A DNA stretch of 62,906 nucleotides, filler included, from Octopus bimaculoides (taxonomy: Eukaryota): NCBI RefSeq assembly GCF_001194135.2. It is 4 parts of 4 records of this genome, joined end to end, with 100 filler letters (N's around TTAATTAATTAA, not from the genome) between each part and the next. Parts side by side here need not be neighbours in the genome. Positions count along the whole stretch, not along the records: positions 28,880 to 57,642 come from NC_068990.1; 3 more parts are not named here. One strand, 5' to 3'. The notes beneath the pieces were generated by a model. The model was not told the DNA's origin. It did not search any database and was given only the letters and a program-made list of their open reading frames with translations. The first letter of the stretch is position 1. The number at the start of each line of letters is the position of its first letter. Made by a program: the position numbers and the translations under genes. Of this stretch, positions 37,831 to 52,451 are shown one piece after another.

Positions 37831-40817
37831 TATCTTTGAAGCAGGTACACTATTTGTTTGCTAAAATATCATCTTAATAATTTCATCAACATAATTATTT
37901 AATCAACATCTCATGTTAGGCAGTATAAGTTGAATTTTGTATCAGATTAATCGCAGATTCATAGATTATGTCTTTAGTTCTTCGTGTTAAAGTCCAATAT
38001 GGATCAAACAATAAAACACACATATTTACTGAAACCTAATATTAGTTCAGTATACGTCCACAATTATTCCTATATTTGTTCAAATTTTTCCAGAATAGGT
38101 CCACTAGTTATCCTGTTGATGGAACGATTACATGACATGCCCGGAATGCTTCATTGTTCCACACCGTAGACTTACTTAGTAAGATGGCTCATCATGATTT
38201 CGAATCATGCAAAAGGCACGTGGCACAAGTTCTTAGTGACAGAGTAGCTCTATTATGATCAACTCCCTAGTGCTTTAGGAGATCTTTATATTATCGACCC
38301 ATGGCGTATGAAATGTAAAACTGATTTTGGTGGCATGCGAATTTTCATCGTAAAGAAACATCCCTAACCACCTCAAAGCATCTTGTGCGGTATGTTATAT
38401 TATGTGACATCAATATGCTTCCTTAGTTCACAATAGTTCTTTAAAATATCTCTTTTCGAACAGTTGTGTTTAACAAATAAAATAGTATGAATTTACCAGG
38501 GAAATTACACTAGTCTACCTAAGTAATATTTCCAGAGAATCTGGTATCTGTTGACCATATTGACGAGCCATGTAGAATTGCTCAGTCATCCCACAAAGTC
38601 AATGAAATATTTAACGTTGGATCTCAGTTCATAACGTTTGACTTGGTTGCACAATATCTGAAAGTGTTGAAGTAGATTCTAGAACTTAGTAGATATTAGA
38701 GCCAGCAATAGCAGTAAGCTGCTCCATGACAGACTACTTTACGGTAAAGTACATTATGTACTAGTGAACATACATGAATATATTTACGTAAACAGCAGTT
38801 TATTGTGATAATTTCTGTTGCTTAATATTCTGTGGCGGTGAGTACAGCTAAATTTTAGTGATTCCACCCCCTTGAGGCTTTTAATTTTATCGAGTTACGA
38901 TAAATAAAATTATTTAGCTTCGTCTGTATTAACATATCCGATGTAGTTAAGGACAATAAAAAAATAGCTAAACATAGCTCTCTTTATTGTATTGAGGAGA
39001 GAAAAATGTTAACTGAGTGTCTAAATCTACTCGAGGCTGGCAGCGGAAACAAATCAGATTGTTATTTACTTGTCTTGATCGAAAGTAATCATTCATCTAA
39101 TGTTTTTTGTGCAGATGACGTCCCTGGGTGACTTGCGTCAGTCATTAAAAATATTCAGTTTGATTGAAATGACATGTAGGCGGAATAAACTATTTAAATT
39201 TCATCAACTACGATGTGATCAACAACAACAACATTGAAAAATAGTAAAAATACTAATGGAAACGTCTATGAGAAAAAGGTTGACAGTCGTGATAATTGTT
39301 ACAGTTAACATATGACAAAAGCTCCTTGTCTATATCTGGAAACTGAAATCTTTCGCTAATCATATTTTTTAAGTGCTGTCATCTCAGCACGAAACTGTTT
39401 GAATATAATTATTTTATTTTATTTGTTCTTTACTAAAGCTTTGTTTAATTTTGGAGTATTTTAGACTTGTAGTATAGAATGATAACAATGTTAGACGCCA
39501 CTACAGTGATAACAATAACAACATCACTGAGCAAGCGACTATAACAACAGATTCCATTATAACAAAGCAAAAATTTAAATTGAAAAGCAACATGAAACGC
39601 TGACAGAATAATTATATTAATTTTACTCTAATTATCTTTGATGTTTTTTCTTAATTCCATGTGATACTAAATAAATAACACAGTGATTATTCTTTAATCT
39701 GCTGAGACATTTTGACTTTATGTAAAACAAGCCAATAACAAAAACAATCCTAGTATTAAAATAACAGGACCAGTTACCGCGGATATAAAACTATGACTGG
39801 TAAAGTGAACCCCAACAACGATATTAATTAATTCTCAAATAATGTTTTTCAAAGCTTTAATAAATATTTGATATGTTTCACTAAAACAATAAAATAATTT
39901 TTTTCTTAAATTTTAAAAGAAATTTGGTAAAATCAGTTATATTCTTAGAATCAGTTATATTCTTAAAGTGCAACCACATAACCAGGTACTTATATACGGG
40001 TCGACAGATATAATTAGTTGCTGATAAAGTATCCCTGTGAATAATGACGAGAACGTTCTCAAAATATCTTGCATAATAATATTTTTGACACATTAGATCC
40101 ATCAACGTTTCATTGATCTAGAAATAAATATCATCCAACTGTAAACCATACATGCCATTCCTTTTATGTCATTCTTTTTGTAAGTTTGTAAAATGTGACT
40201 TCATAAAAATTCACTGAGATTTTAAACAGGGTAAATAACCACATAGATGCTACCTCGTTGACTTGCACTCACGGTTGAAATCCATTCTAACGGTATTAGT
40301 TTGCACTAGATGACGACTATAATAGCAGCAAATAGAATTTTTAGCTTTACACAGCACTGGTCGTTCATCTATAACTTTGGGCAATAATACAAGAAGTATT
40401 AAAAGTATGGGCGTTAAACAAGTTACGTTAAGTTCTTATCACTCCATACAGTGAGTTATAGTTCAAGTATATTTACCTCACAAGCTAGCAACTCATAAAA
40501 CTGTGACTTTTATTTGCTAAAGATTTACAGTTGAAATTTTAAAGCCAGTTATCATCTTAGTTGACAATCGGAAGAATCCATACATAGAAGACTGCAGTAT
40601 CGATCTAAAACAGATCGATATTAATGTTTACTTTCACAGCATTTACATGAGTTTATAATGAGGTAACGATATCAATTTCTCTCGATCAGTACAGATTCAA
40701 CAATTTATGAGAGAAATATATTTAAATCTGTTGATCCAAGAGCGTGTATTTTAATATTTTATTGCTACAAAAAGTTCGAAAACTTCAGAAACATCATGTA
40801 CTTAACAAATCTTGCAT

Positions 40818-41070
40818 TTTTTAGAGCATGCGTTATTTTTCTATAGAGCTAAATCCCAGATTATGAAGAGGGACCTTCAAGGTGGTATTGATGCTACATA
40901 CAACAGGCTTCTCATGAGAGCTCAGAATATCTCATGGCGTGAGCCCAAAATCACAAAAGATTATTAAATAAATTCCATCGTCTCTATTATCGCTCAACAC
41001 AGGGTACATTAGTTGACGATTGTTATCTTACTGAACTAACTTCATATTAGATGTTGTATTTTGGTTTCTT
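40818..41070 (+). mobile_element. RTE/RTE-X LINE C-terminal remnant
   Basis: FRACV... followed by GIDATYNRLLMRAQNISWRE, similar to the RTE-type LDGxYTRLLxRxxNISW motif; heavily decayed. Confidence 0.55.
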
Positions 41071-41625
41071 CTTTACCCAAAATAAATGACGATCATCCAA
41101 CTACATTCATGTTATTGGTGGAAATACACAACAGGAAATTGGTAGTCTACCTAAAATGATTCTGGGGAAAATGTAAATTCTCGGTGCTGCATTGTGAAAC
41201 GCATCCCATTTATTACATCATGAAGAAGTTCCTGAAGGAATGTTAAGGAAGTTTTGATCGTTGGTTTGATATGAACACTGGATATAGTACAAAGTAACTA
41301 TACTTCGAGGATTTATATACCAAATAATCCCTGCGAAAGTTTTGAAATATCTGACAGAAATATTTACACAATGCGAACAGAATAAAATGGTCGGTTAACT
41401 CGATTTCCAGCCTAGCCTAGAATTGGGTGTATCAAAACCAGAATTACTCACCACAAATTTTTGTACTGTGATTACAGTGAGTATTCAAAGAAAGAAGGAC
41501 TATTATTATGTGACCCTATCTGTTGAATATTGTGAATGAAAAGATATATTATATTTTTCGTATAATCAAATATGTCAGTGATGGTATTATATCTTATATA
41601 ATATGTTTTAATATATGTTAATATT

Positions 41626-41760
41626 AAAAGGCGGCGAGCTGGCAGAATCGTTTGGAAGCCGTGATCGATAAAATAAATACTACTTTAGTGCCGGGGTTGA
41701 TGTAATGAACTTACAACCTGCCCCTAACTTGCTGGTCTTGTGCAAAAAGTTGAAATTAAT
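41626..41760 (+). mobile_element. SINE family A with internal deletion
   Basis: aaaaggcggcgagctggcagaatcgtt joins almost directly to gatcgataaaataaatactac...ccggggttgatgtaatgaact, so the B-box region is missing. Confidence 0.65.
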
Positions 41761-42270
41761 ATGTTTGTATCATAAACAATATCAAAGTACTTGGATTAGA
41801 TTTAAAAAATAAACATACGGTGGATAGTACAACAGCATATATATAAAAACCTTATAACAAAATTTTAATATTCTCTGTGTTATTTGATTAGTTATAATAA
41901 ATAATAAATATAAAGAAATAACTTAGTTGTTCAATAATTAACTACAAAAATATTTATGTAGCAGTGCTTCGCACCGTGTGTGAAACTGTCCTCTGGGGGT
42001 GCATGCTGGAAACAATATGTGCAAGGAAGCTACAAACACATCTGTATGATAATTGTAGTCAGCCTCCTGCATAAATATTAACTTAAAGAAACACTTCAAA
42101 GCAATATTTTATATACTGCTTGTTAGTCACAACAACAGTAACAGTCACAACAACAACGTGAACAACGATAATAGAATTGAAAATGCGAATATGTAAAGAA
42201 ACAAAACCGAATATATTCCTCATAAGCATTATATCAGGTGATCCCGTGAGTGAATAGGCTAGTAGATACT

Positions 42271-42487
42271 GTTACACATCGCTGGTTGCAATACGCTTTT
42301 GCATTGTTTTAGCTTTGAAATGACACCACCCCGCTAACTAGGCGAGCAGGCCAACATCCCCCACTGAACGAAGGGGGAGTGGAGCAACGTGAAATGCAGT
42401 ATTTTCTTCAAGAGTACAACGAGCTACCCGGTCTGGAAGTCTAGCGATCGTGAGCGCGACAGCCCAACCACTCGATCACATGCCTTC
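42271..42487 (-). mobile_element. tRNA-derived SINE, third family (decayed)
   Basis: ggagcaacgtgaaatgcagtattttcttcaagagtacaac...cgatcgtgagcgcgacagcccaaccactcgatcacatgcc, a reversed tRNA-like head with a SINE2-type core. A similar fragment lies near 30010-30110. Confidence 0.5.
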
Positions 42488-45400
42488 ATTATATATATAT
42501 TATTGAATAAGGTTATCGTTAAAAGAGATTGTGGTACACAGAACTATAGGAATGATGATTATCCCAAAATATTGACTAGTTGTGTTCTATTTTGCAAAAT
42601 GTGAGTCTGTGTAGGGTGTCGCACGTTTATAGCCATTTATAATTCATTAGGGAAGCTGTATAGTTAAGTCTTCTATGGAATTGGAAGTACGGTGTAATAT
42701 GAAACTGATATGGATAAATTTAGATCCTATAAATTATATTTTCCTCTCATAATCAGAAATTAAGTAATGTTTCCGTTAAATTTTACGACAATGAAAGTAT
42801 AGCTTCAAAAGTGAAGCTTATTTGTGTGCGTATGTGTGTGTGCGGTTTATGTGTATGCATGTATGTAAATGAGTATGTACATATATGTATATAAATACAT
42901 TACATACATATATATATATTTGCATGTATATACGTACATGCGCACGCAAATCCACACTCAGCCATAGACACACGCGCGCAGATACACGCACGCACAAGGA
43001 TACACACATACACAGAGGGTGAGAGAGGATAGCTTAAACAAACTACTGCGTCTATTTATCTATTGGACATTTTATTTCATTACTCAACAATGGACATACA
43101 TATGTACATATATATATACGCATGCATACAACTTGCGTACATATGCACACATACATATAGACACACTCATATGTATCTGCCTGTTTGTCTTTGTCTCGAA
43201 AAGCATTTAAGCACAAATAAATCGTTTTCATTTAAGACGTTTACACAGTGAAATATAGATTTATCTGATAGCGTCCTGAAAAATGTCTTCCTAAATTTCT
43301 TAATTTGTTAAATTAATGTTAACATGTACAATGCTGTGCACATTATAATGCAATTGAAAAATACATTAAGAGACGGCTTTGTATATATTTCTGTATTATT
43401 GGGACGTCTTAGCGTGTAACCGCCGACACCTAAGTTGTGGCAGGGCAGGGATGTCAGAATCACAATGGAAATGCATAAGACCATACACGAGGCACAAAGG
43501 AAGTCTATTTCAGAGACGTCTTTCTCAATGGTCGACATATCCTCTGGGAGGCCTTGATACATTTGAAAAGAGTTACACACTGACTGCTTGTGTTAGGAAA
43601 ACCGATGGTGGAAACTTAAAACTCTTTTTCTCTGGAACCTGCGTCCCTGAGAAAAAATACAAAGGTGGTCATGATCAGAAATGGTTGACAATGACTATCT
43701 TACACTATGGTGCCTGTGAGTACTGTATAAGATTTGATAAATTTTGGCAGGTTAGACTATCAAATTGTTAATCGGATCCTGTGAATGACGTTATGAATAT
43801 TGTAAACCTTTGCAAGCTCTCTACGTTCAGTTATAAAATAGTACAATAAAACCAAAGCTAATTTTATAATTTAAAAAATATATTGTGTCTTGAAGAATTT
43901 GACACCTTGCGGGTGGAAACGATTTTAGTTCTGAGATGTCTTTCATTCTGGCAATGAACCAACATCTGTCGTACAGAAACTTGGCAGTAGAACAGATAAA
44001 AAATGAGCAAGATAGAAATTGTAATACTAAATGAAAGATAGAAAAGAAGGGCAAACTTTCATAGAAAGCAACGTAGAATGGTAAATACTGGCATTAGTCT
44101 AGAGTTAAGAATTTCTATCAGGCGCAACATGGAACATAAAATCGATAGCAAATAGTTGGCTAGGTGCTAATTAGCCGTGGTATTGGATATTGAATACTGT
44201 CTGAAATTTTTATTAACTGGTTGACAATGGTGTAATATCAAACTAACACCTTTATTTCTTTTGTTTATTTTTGCTCTTTTTTTCTCATAGTTACGAAGTT
44301 GACATCGATTTAAATAACACAAAAATAGCTGTAGAATTAATATTTTATATATTCTGTTGTCATTTATTATTCAACATAAATTATATTGTGAAGAAAGTTG
44401 ACGATATAATCGATAATAAAACATGTTTCATTATAATACATCACTTAAATATCCTTCATTAACAAGCGGTAAAAAATTGCACATTAATTAAGAAAAACCT
44501 TCAATAAAGAACGAAGTTGCGCTTTGATGATTTATACAGTAATTAAGTTAAACCTGTCTTATCACCACGTATGAATTAATATGTAGATTATGTTCATAGT
44601 AATTATACAAAACCAATTACAGCACAAAGCTAGGTGTTATTTAAGAGAACTTTTAATTTTATCATTGGTTTGTGTTAAAAAAATCATCAACGAAAACACT
44701 ATAGTCTATATTGAGTAAATTAATATAGTCGGGTGAACGTAGAAAATATACGATCTGATAGTTTTCCTCGAAAATTCTAAGAATGTAACGTTAGGACAAG
44801 AAAATGGTTTCTAATGTTTTCCTCGACTTTGATATCGTTCTTAATATAATATTGTAAATGTATGTACATTTATACTCCCATATATATATATATATACGCA
44901 CTGTACATTCTTTTAGCAGGGAAATAAAATACTTGAACCTTGGCAGACAGAATCTAATTTGATTACATCAAAGATATACTACGAGTATAAATGTAAAAGA
45001 ACGGTTTCATTTTAGAAAGAGAGCACAATTGGAGCAGAGCTGCCATGACTTCACCACAGAGCCAATTTAGAAACGACAATTTAATAGACATTTCACTTCT
45101 TTGTTGTTACCTAACGCAAAACGAAAATATTCTTTTCAGATCTGTTGACGAGCCATAGCCGGATGCAAGTTCCGACATCCTATTCCTTGAGAGTCTACGA
45201 TGGTTTTAGTTTTACTTGTTCACCCTACACATCCTCAGGTACTCTCTCAACGACCCTGCGCACGGATAATTACCCGCGGATATCAACGTTATGCGGAATA
45301 TAAGGTGTTGCATGGTATACAGCCAAACAGTCTTTGCGACATGACAAGTACGACAATACACCATTGTGCATTCATACTTCTTTCAAACACCGACCCTATT

Positions 45401-48400
45401 CCTTAGGGAAGAATATTAGAAATACATAGTTATCAAGAACTCTATTACTACTAACTAAATGTCAATAATTCCGTAATTAAGAGATATCGAATTATCTATT
45501 CATACTGAACAATACTTCTGTTATTTATAAATTGTGATTACTTACTACATACTTCACTTGGTCACATTAATTTATCCTAAACTCAGTCACGTTAACCAAT
45601 CCTACGATAGCACTAGAATACACGTCTCCTATGTTATACTGATATTACATTCTCAAAATAGCATATCACCTGATAAGTCTATAACTCGCTGAAGTAACTG
45701 ATAAATGATTTTATTTCACGCACTTAGCATGTAATCAAATGATCGTACACATTTATTGAATGTTCGCAATCAGTAATATGAAACAAATCAGTCGTCTATG
45801 TTTGAGATAAATCATCATAGAAATAAAGTAGTTATTGTTGCTTTGGGGACAGATGTTAAGTGAAGAAAATATAATAATGCCAATGTGTCGCGGATACAAA
45901 TTATTGGGATTTATCACAATATACATAAAATTGATACATTTATTAATCATCATTCTGTATGCGAATACATAAGACATCCAATGAAATACAGACCTAAATT
46001 GATGTCTATATGGCTGTTGGATGACTGCATATGTGTGTGTTAATGTTTGTGCGTGTATATGTACATGTATGAGTGAATGTATGTATATATGTATATTTAT
46101 ATATGTGCGTGTGTACATATATATGTATGTATATATACACACATGCATACCTTACCTACACGCATACATGCATACGCATATATATTTGTGTTTATGAAAA
46201 TGTATGCATACATAGATACACACACACATATACACATGTATATATATGCATGTATGTAAGTAAGTAAGTCTGTATGTATGTATGTATGTATGCATGTATG
46301 TATGTATGTATGTATTTATGTATTGATGTTTGTTTTAATGTACAGTTACATTATATAAAGTTTTACATTTATCTGATGTTACTCTACACTTTTGTACAGC
46401 ACAAATTTATTATACTTAATCAAAAACATTTTTGACTATTACTTCGAAGTCTCGAACAGTTAAACCATCGTCGGACTGCGATGCATTGAAGTTAATCTTA
46501 ACTTTATATAATCTCTGTTGAGTTAAAATCGTCCTTAGGTGTATGGTATAAAGAGGAGTGTTAATAACGTTTTAAGATAGGTTGTTATGGAGAGATGTGT
46601 TCGAGAAATTTTCATTGATTATATTTGGGGTTATGTTATTATTTAGTATTTATCCCTATGTAACTATATAATCAACTGTGACTCTGCTGCCATATAGGTG
46701 CCAGATGAGTCGTGAGTTTCAGCTATTTTCTGTTTTAATAGTCTTAATGCTTTGCTTTGACAATGTACAGGTCAATGGTACAAAGCCCGTTGTGTAAATC
46801 CTTAGTAACTGAGTATCAACGTTTTGGTAATGAAATTTTTTAGGGGTTCACGAAAGAGTGTAAAAAGAGGGTATGTTTTAGCTGGCCAGCTTGTGTATTT
46901 GTTGTTGCTATTTCAATTATTTCCTATTGTTATTTTGAAAGTGGCGTTTATTAGCCAGTGGCTATTACAGAAAATTGTTTCTCCTGTGCTTTGATGTTCA
47001 CAAATCTATTTGGGTAGGTGTAAAAGGATGTTGGTCTGTATGTTTCTCTATGGGTGTTCATTATGCTATAAGCAATGTGATTTGTATATACAGATTTTAA
47101 TCAGTATTTTATAACATTATGACAGGACTTAACAGCAGAAATTACCCCTCCCCAAATGCCAGCAGGATTCCAAATACCCACTACTAGCAGGACCCTATCT
47201 TCTCCATAAACGAAAAAATAACGGAGTATCTCATCTCAGTTTAAAAAGTCTACTCATTATTATCTCAACAATTCCTCAAGAAATAACTTCTACATAGACC
47301 CCTCCACTACATACAGAACTGACACGTTCGTACCCCACAGGTTTCGAAAGGGAATGAAAAATAAAAACATTTACCATCTATTTTCCGAACATTTAATGAT
47401 GATAAAATGTATTTTGGCTAATTTCTGGAAGTAAATCGGCATTTTTGTTTTTTGTATTTGCTGCCGGTAAGAAAAACCGCACACGCGCGGGAGCTTTTGA
47501 AAAATTATAGCATATAAGCACAAATCATGNNNNNNNNNNNNNNNNNNNNNNNNNNNNNNNNNNNNNNNNNNNNNNNNNNNNNNNNNNNNNNNNNNNNNNN
47601 NNNNNNNNNNNNNNNNNNNNNNNNNNNNNNNNNNNNNNNNNNNNNNNNNNNNNNNNNNNNNNNNNNNNNNNNNNNNNNNNNNNNNNNNNNNNNNNNNNNN
47701 NNNNNNNNNNNNNNNNNNNNNNNNNNNNNNNNNNNNNNNNNNNNNNNNNNNNNNNNNNNNNNNNNNNNNNNNNNNNNNNNNNNNNNNNNNNNNNNNNNNN
47801 NNNNNNNNNNNNNNNNNNNNNNNNNNNNNNNNNNNNNNNNNNNNNNNNNNNNNNNNNNNNNNNNNNNNNNNNNNNNNNNNNNNNNNNNNNNNNNNNNNNN
47901 NNNNNNNNNNNNNNNNNNNNNNNNNNNNNNNNNNNTATATATATATATATATGTAATAGGTAAATCTGGTTTCGAAATGATACCTTCAGTTCGAGCATAT
48001 AGTTAATACTCAACAATTTTTTCCTAAGTTGGTAATCTTGAAGTTACCATTACAAAACGTAAAGCTCACAGCCTATAATTCCGTCCCCATATCAAATAAA
48101 GTTGGCCGGCTTTCGTGTTTTACTGGCATTTCTTTGATAAGACAGTTGCTGATAAGGTTTTTAGAATATAACGCCGTTATCCCAAAAAGAAACAAAATGA
48201 GATTCAAAAGTTTCGATTATCTGACAGTGTTACCGTAGTTCTAAGAGAACCAAGGAGAAATCATAATCTTGTTCTAATGTTTCTAATCTTAGAAGATCAT
48301 GTCGGATATTTCTTTTTCTTTTGACAAGTTTATCAGTCTCATTTGAGTAGGAATTAAACTGATAATTAATGTTTTGGAGTAAAGTTTTTAAACTTTAGAT

Positions 48401-49336
48401 GTTTTAATGATTAACCAGCCGACTAAAACCTTATCAGTAAGTCACAACAGTTATACTACAATGTTTAGTTTCCTTATTGATATAATTGCTGGTTTTTTTT
48501 CTTTTCCAAATATATGTAGCCCCGTGGCAAATATACCACATGAAGAAGTGTGTGTTCATCATATCCATGACATTATTGCTTCTGTGATGCACACTAGTGA
48601 GTCAGTTAAAGTGAAATAACTTCAGTCGTGAACTGAAACCACAACTATATCTTATTGTGTTTGTATAGCGCCGTATTACCAGAGAATCTTGCGTCTCACA
48701 ATATGGAACCATTGCTCGTGGCAACATCAGACAAAATGGAAAAGGCGCTGACCCGGAGGATAGCTAGGAAGAGTCACTCTGACTTATGGGGTTCGCATAA
48801 AACTCCACCGCCGCCCAGGTGTGTGCAAGAACGGAGGTCTCTGGTTATCATCAGCTGTAGATAAGATTTTAAACTAGCGAAATTGCGGATGCGTATACAT
48901 TGACCTCGTCACCAGCGATGTATATTAGTCATAAGATAGTCAATTTGTTTATAATTTTTAATTCCATATAAATTCTATTCGCGTTCAAGCTAGTTTAACC
49001 GTACAAATAAATTTGCGCAGTTGTGTACATGATGTAGTCTGGTCGTACATCTAACATCCACGTAGAGGCAATCATTATTGTTACTGTGTAATCAGACATG
49101 AGTAAAACGGGTCTTGATGGCTTTAATAAAGTTTAACAAAAGTCAAAGTCAACACAAGCTCTATCTATTTCTCTTTCTCTTTCCTTTCTTGGGTAAACCA
49201 CCAACGAATAGGTATTACTATGCATGTATACATGTGTATACCAATTTACATGTATGAATGCTTATACGTATATACACCAGTACTTGAGTATATGTATGTA
49301 TGTATGTATGTATGTATATATATACATACATACATA

Positions 49337-49367
<31 letters not shown>

Positions 49368-50327
49368 NNNNNNNNNNNNNNNNNNNNNNNNNNNNNNNNN
49401 NNNNNNNNNNNNNNNNNNNNNNNNNNNNNNNNNNNNNNNNNNNNNNNNNNNNNNNNNNNNNNNNNNNNNNNNNNNNNNNNNNNNNNNNNNNNNNNNNNNN
49501 NNNNNNNNNNNNNNNNNNNNNNNNNNNNNNNNNNNNNNNNNNNNNNNNNNNNNNNNNNNNNNNNNNNNNNNNNNNNNNNNNNNNNNNNNNNNNNNNNNNN
49601 NNNNNNNNNNNNNNNNNNNNNNNNNNNNNNNNNNNNNNNNNNNNNNNNNNNNNNNNNNNNNNNNNNNNNNNNNNNNNNNNNNNNNNNNNNNNNNNNNNNN
49701 NNNNNNNNNNNNNNNNNNNNNNNNNNNNNNNNNNNNNNNNNNNNNNNNNNNNNNNNNNNNNNNNNNNNNNNNNNNNNNNNNNNNNNNNNNNNNNNNNNNN
49801 NNNNNNNNNNNNNNNNNNNNNNNNNNNNNNNNNNNNNNNNNNNNNNNNNNNNNNNNNNNNNNNNNNNNNNNNNNNNNNNNNNNNNNNNNNNNNNNNNNNN
49901 NNNNNNNNNNNNNNNNNNNNNNNNNNNNNNNNNNNNNNNNNNNNNNNNNNNNNNNNNNNNNNNNNNNNNNNNNNNNNNNNNNNNNNNNNNNNNNNNNNNN
50001 NNNNNNNNNNNNNNNNNNNNNNNNNNNNNNNNNNNNNNNNNNNNNNNNNNNNNNNNNNNNNNNNNNNNNNNNNNNNNNNNNNNNNNNNNNNNNNNNNNNN
50101 NNNNNNNNNNNNNNNNNNNNNNNNNNNNNNNNNNNNNNNNNNNNNNNNNNNNNNNNNNNNNNNNNNNNNNNNNNNNNNNNNNNNNNNNNNNNNNNNNNNN
50201 NNNNNNNNNNNNNNNNNNNNNNNNNNNNNNNNNNNNNNNNNNNNNNNNNNNNNNNNNNNNNNNNNNNNNNNNNNNNNNNNNNNNNNNNNNNNNNNNNNNN
50301 NNNNNNNNNNNNNNNNNNNNNNNNNNN

Positions 50328-50349
<22 letters not shown>

Positions 50350-50362
<13 letters not shown>

Positions 50363-51243
50363 CAGCTGTAAATTCCTGATCTCTTATCTTTATCGTATGG
50401 AAGTAACCACCATTCTGCAAGTTTCTCATCCTATGAGAAGGAAAGGAATTTTCAGCCACAAACGTTGTCCGTTGAAATGGCTTGGGATAACATTTTGAAC
50501 GACGGTGATTTGCTGTCAAACCTCCCATGCATGTAGAAAACATATTAGCCTCACTGCATGGACAGTGATATAGCAAGGTTTGATGAATTTAAGCAGTTTT
50601 GAGATCTCCTAACACACTGCTGGATCAATGGCATCTCCCGTCTTGGGTTTGCAGTCTTCAGCCATTATCAGCAGAATGTGAGGGTGAATGAGGCCTCGTT
50701 TCTGTTATTCAATGACAGCAGAGTGAGCAACCACTTTACAGAGTACATTATGCTTGAGTGGGTCATTCATAAGACTCTCATATATTATTTTGAAAACTCT
50801 TGCGCAAATATCTGGACGGTCTCTAGGTACCTCACAAGGATTCAAACAGTTTTTATTTCATCCCAGTTAGGATTAGTTGTAATTGTAATGAAATAAGTAG
50901 GTTTTCCCATGTGTCGAATCACAGTCATTGAATTCTGGAAGTACTCATTGTAAAAGGTAGGAGAAACATGAATTGAAGGAGGGTGAAGAACTCGTCTACC
51001 TTCATTAATTGCATTATTCTTACTTACTGAATCATATAGACCCTGATATTTTTCTGCTCGTATAATAGATCGATTATTTTTTGGCCCAAGAGAAACGACA
51101 GTTCTCTATTTTAGCCTGAGCATCTACAGCATATTTTTTCATCAGTCACCTGCTTGACATCACAGTTGCTCGTCTTTCTCTCTGCCGTCGTGCATTTGCT
51201 GCTAAATGCTCTTTTTCAGTCGCATATCTTTTGGACGACCCAT
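50350..51243 (-). mobile_element. Helitron RepHel remnant (HUH Rep domain), pseudogenised
   Basis: Minus-strand translation with frameshifts: MGRPK..., KYAVDAQAKIENCRFSWAKNNRSIIRAEKYQGLYD...GRRVLHPPS...RHMGKPTYFITITTNPNWDEI...DRPDICARVF...VIE*QKRGLIHPHILL...HCPCSEAN..STCM...KCYPKPF. These match Helitron Rep motifs FITxTxNPxW, DRPD..ARVF, EFQKRGLPHxH and HGPCG. Confidence 0.9.
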
Positions 51244-51305
51244 GTTGAATTGCAAAATTCTAATGTGATATTTGTGTAATAACGAAATCAAACTGAATGT
51301 GTGTG

Positions 51306-51385
<80 letters not shown>

Positions 51386-52372
51386 ATATTAGCGAGACAG
51401 TGTGAGTGTGTGTGAGAGAGAAAAAGAGAGGAGGGAGAGAGAACATTGCAAACAATGAATGAAATAAACATGAAATGTAAATATCGTATAAGTAAAAACT
51501 CGTTAAAACTATCTTGTTTAGCGTGCTAGGAATAGCAGAGATCACATAATTATTATTATAAGAGTTATTGCGTTCCAAGCAGCCGTACCAATAAAATCAC
51601 ATCTTCATTTAAAAAAGACAAAATTATACCGGTATATTAAAGAATTTTCATTTTATCAAAAATATCCATTTAAGAAACTCCGAAACTGATAATATTCTGG
51701 AAAATCGGGCATCGTACTAAAGTTATATAGCTATTATTAAATCATCATTAATAATAATAGAGGCGAGAGAGAGTGAGAAAATATTGCAAATGAAATCGGA
51801 AAGTGTCGCCTGCAACGAATTAATATTGTTTAAACATTAAAATCTACCCCGCAGTGAATGCAATAAATATTTAAATTTGAGAGAAAATGAGGTTCAGAAA
51901 TCCAAATTATAGGAAATTTCTTAGAACATGAATATAAAAAAAAAACATGCCCAGATGGTCGAGCCTTTAATAGTGGATTTCTTTTAGTACTTTTAGTAAC
52001 AGTTATATACCTAGCGTTCTCCATTATTATGTAGATACCACCTGCAACACTTGGTTTTGTAAGTAAATATTTTACTGTCAGTCTGGATAAGCTTGGATTT
52101 TCTGAAAAAGAAATCAACCAGCTTATTCACACATTACAAAGACATTCTGTAAGATGATCTGTAAAACTGTGCAAGATTTTTCTCAGCTTTAAAACTTGAT
52201 TATGTTTTCGTTATCTATTTTCCAACGATGGAGGTTTGTACCTTTGTTAGAAAGCAGCACCTTTTCAGAGGAAGAATTTAAATGATTAAATACAGAAGAG
52301 ATATACATACATAGGTACACAGACACACACAGACACACACACAGACAGACATACATACAGACAGACAAACAG

Positions 52373-52451
<79 letters not shown>

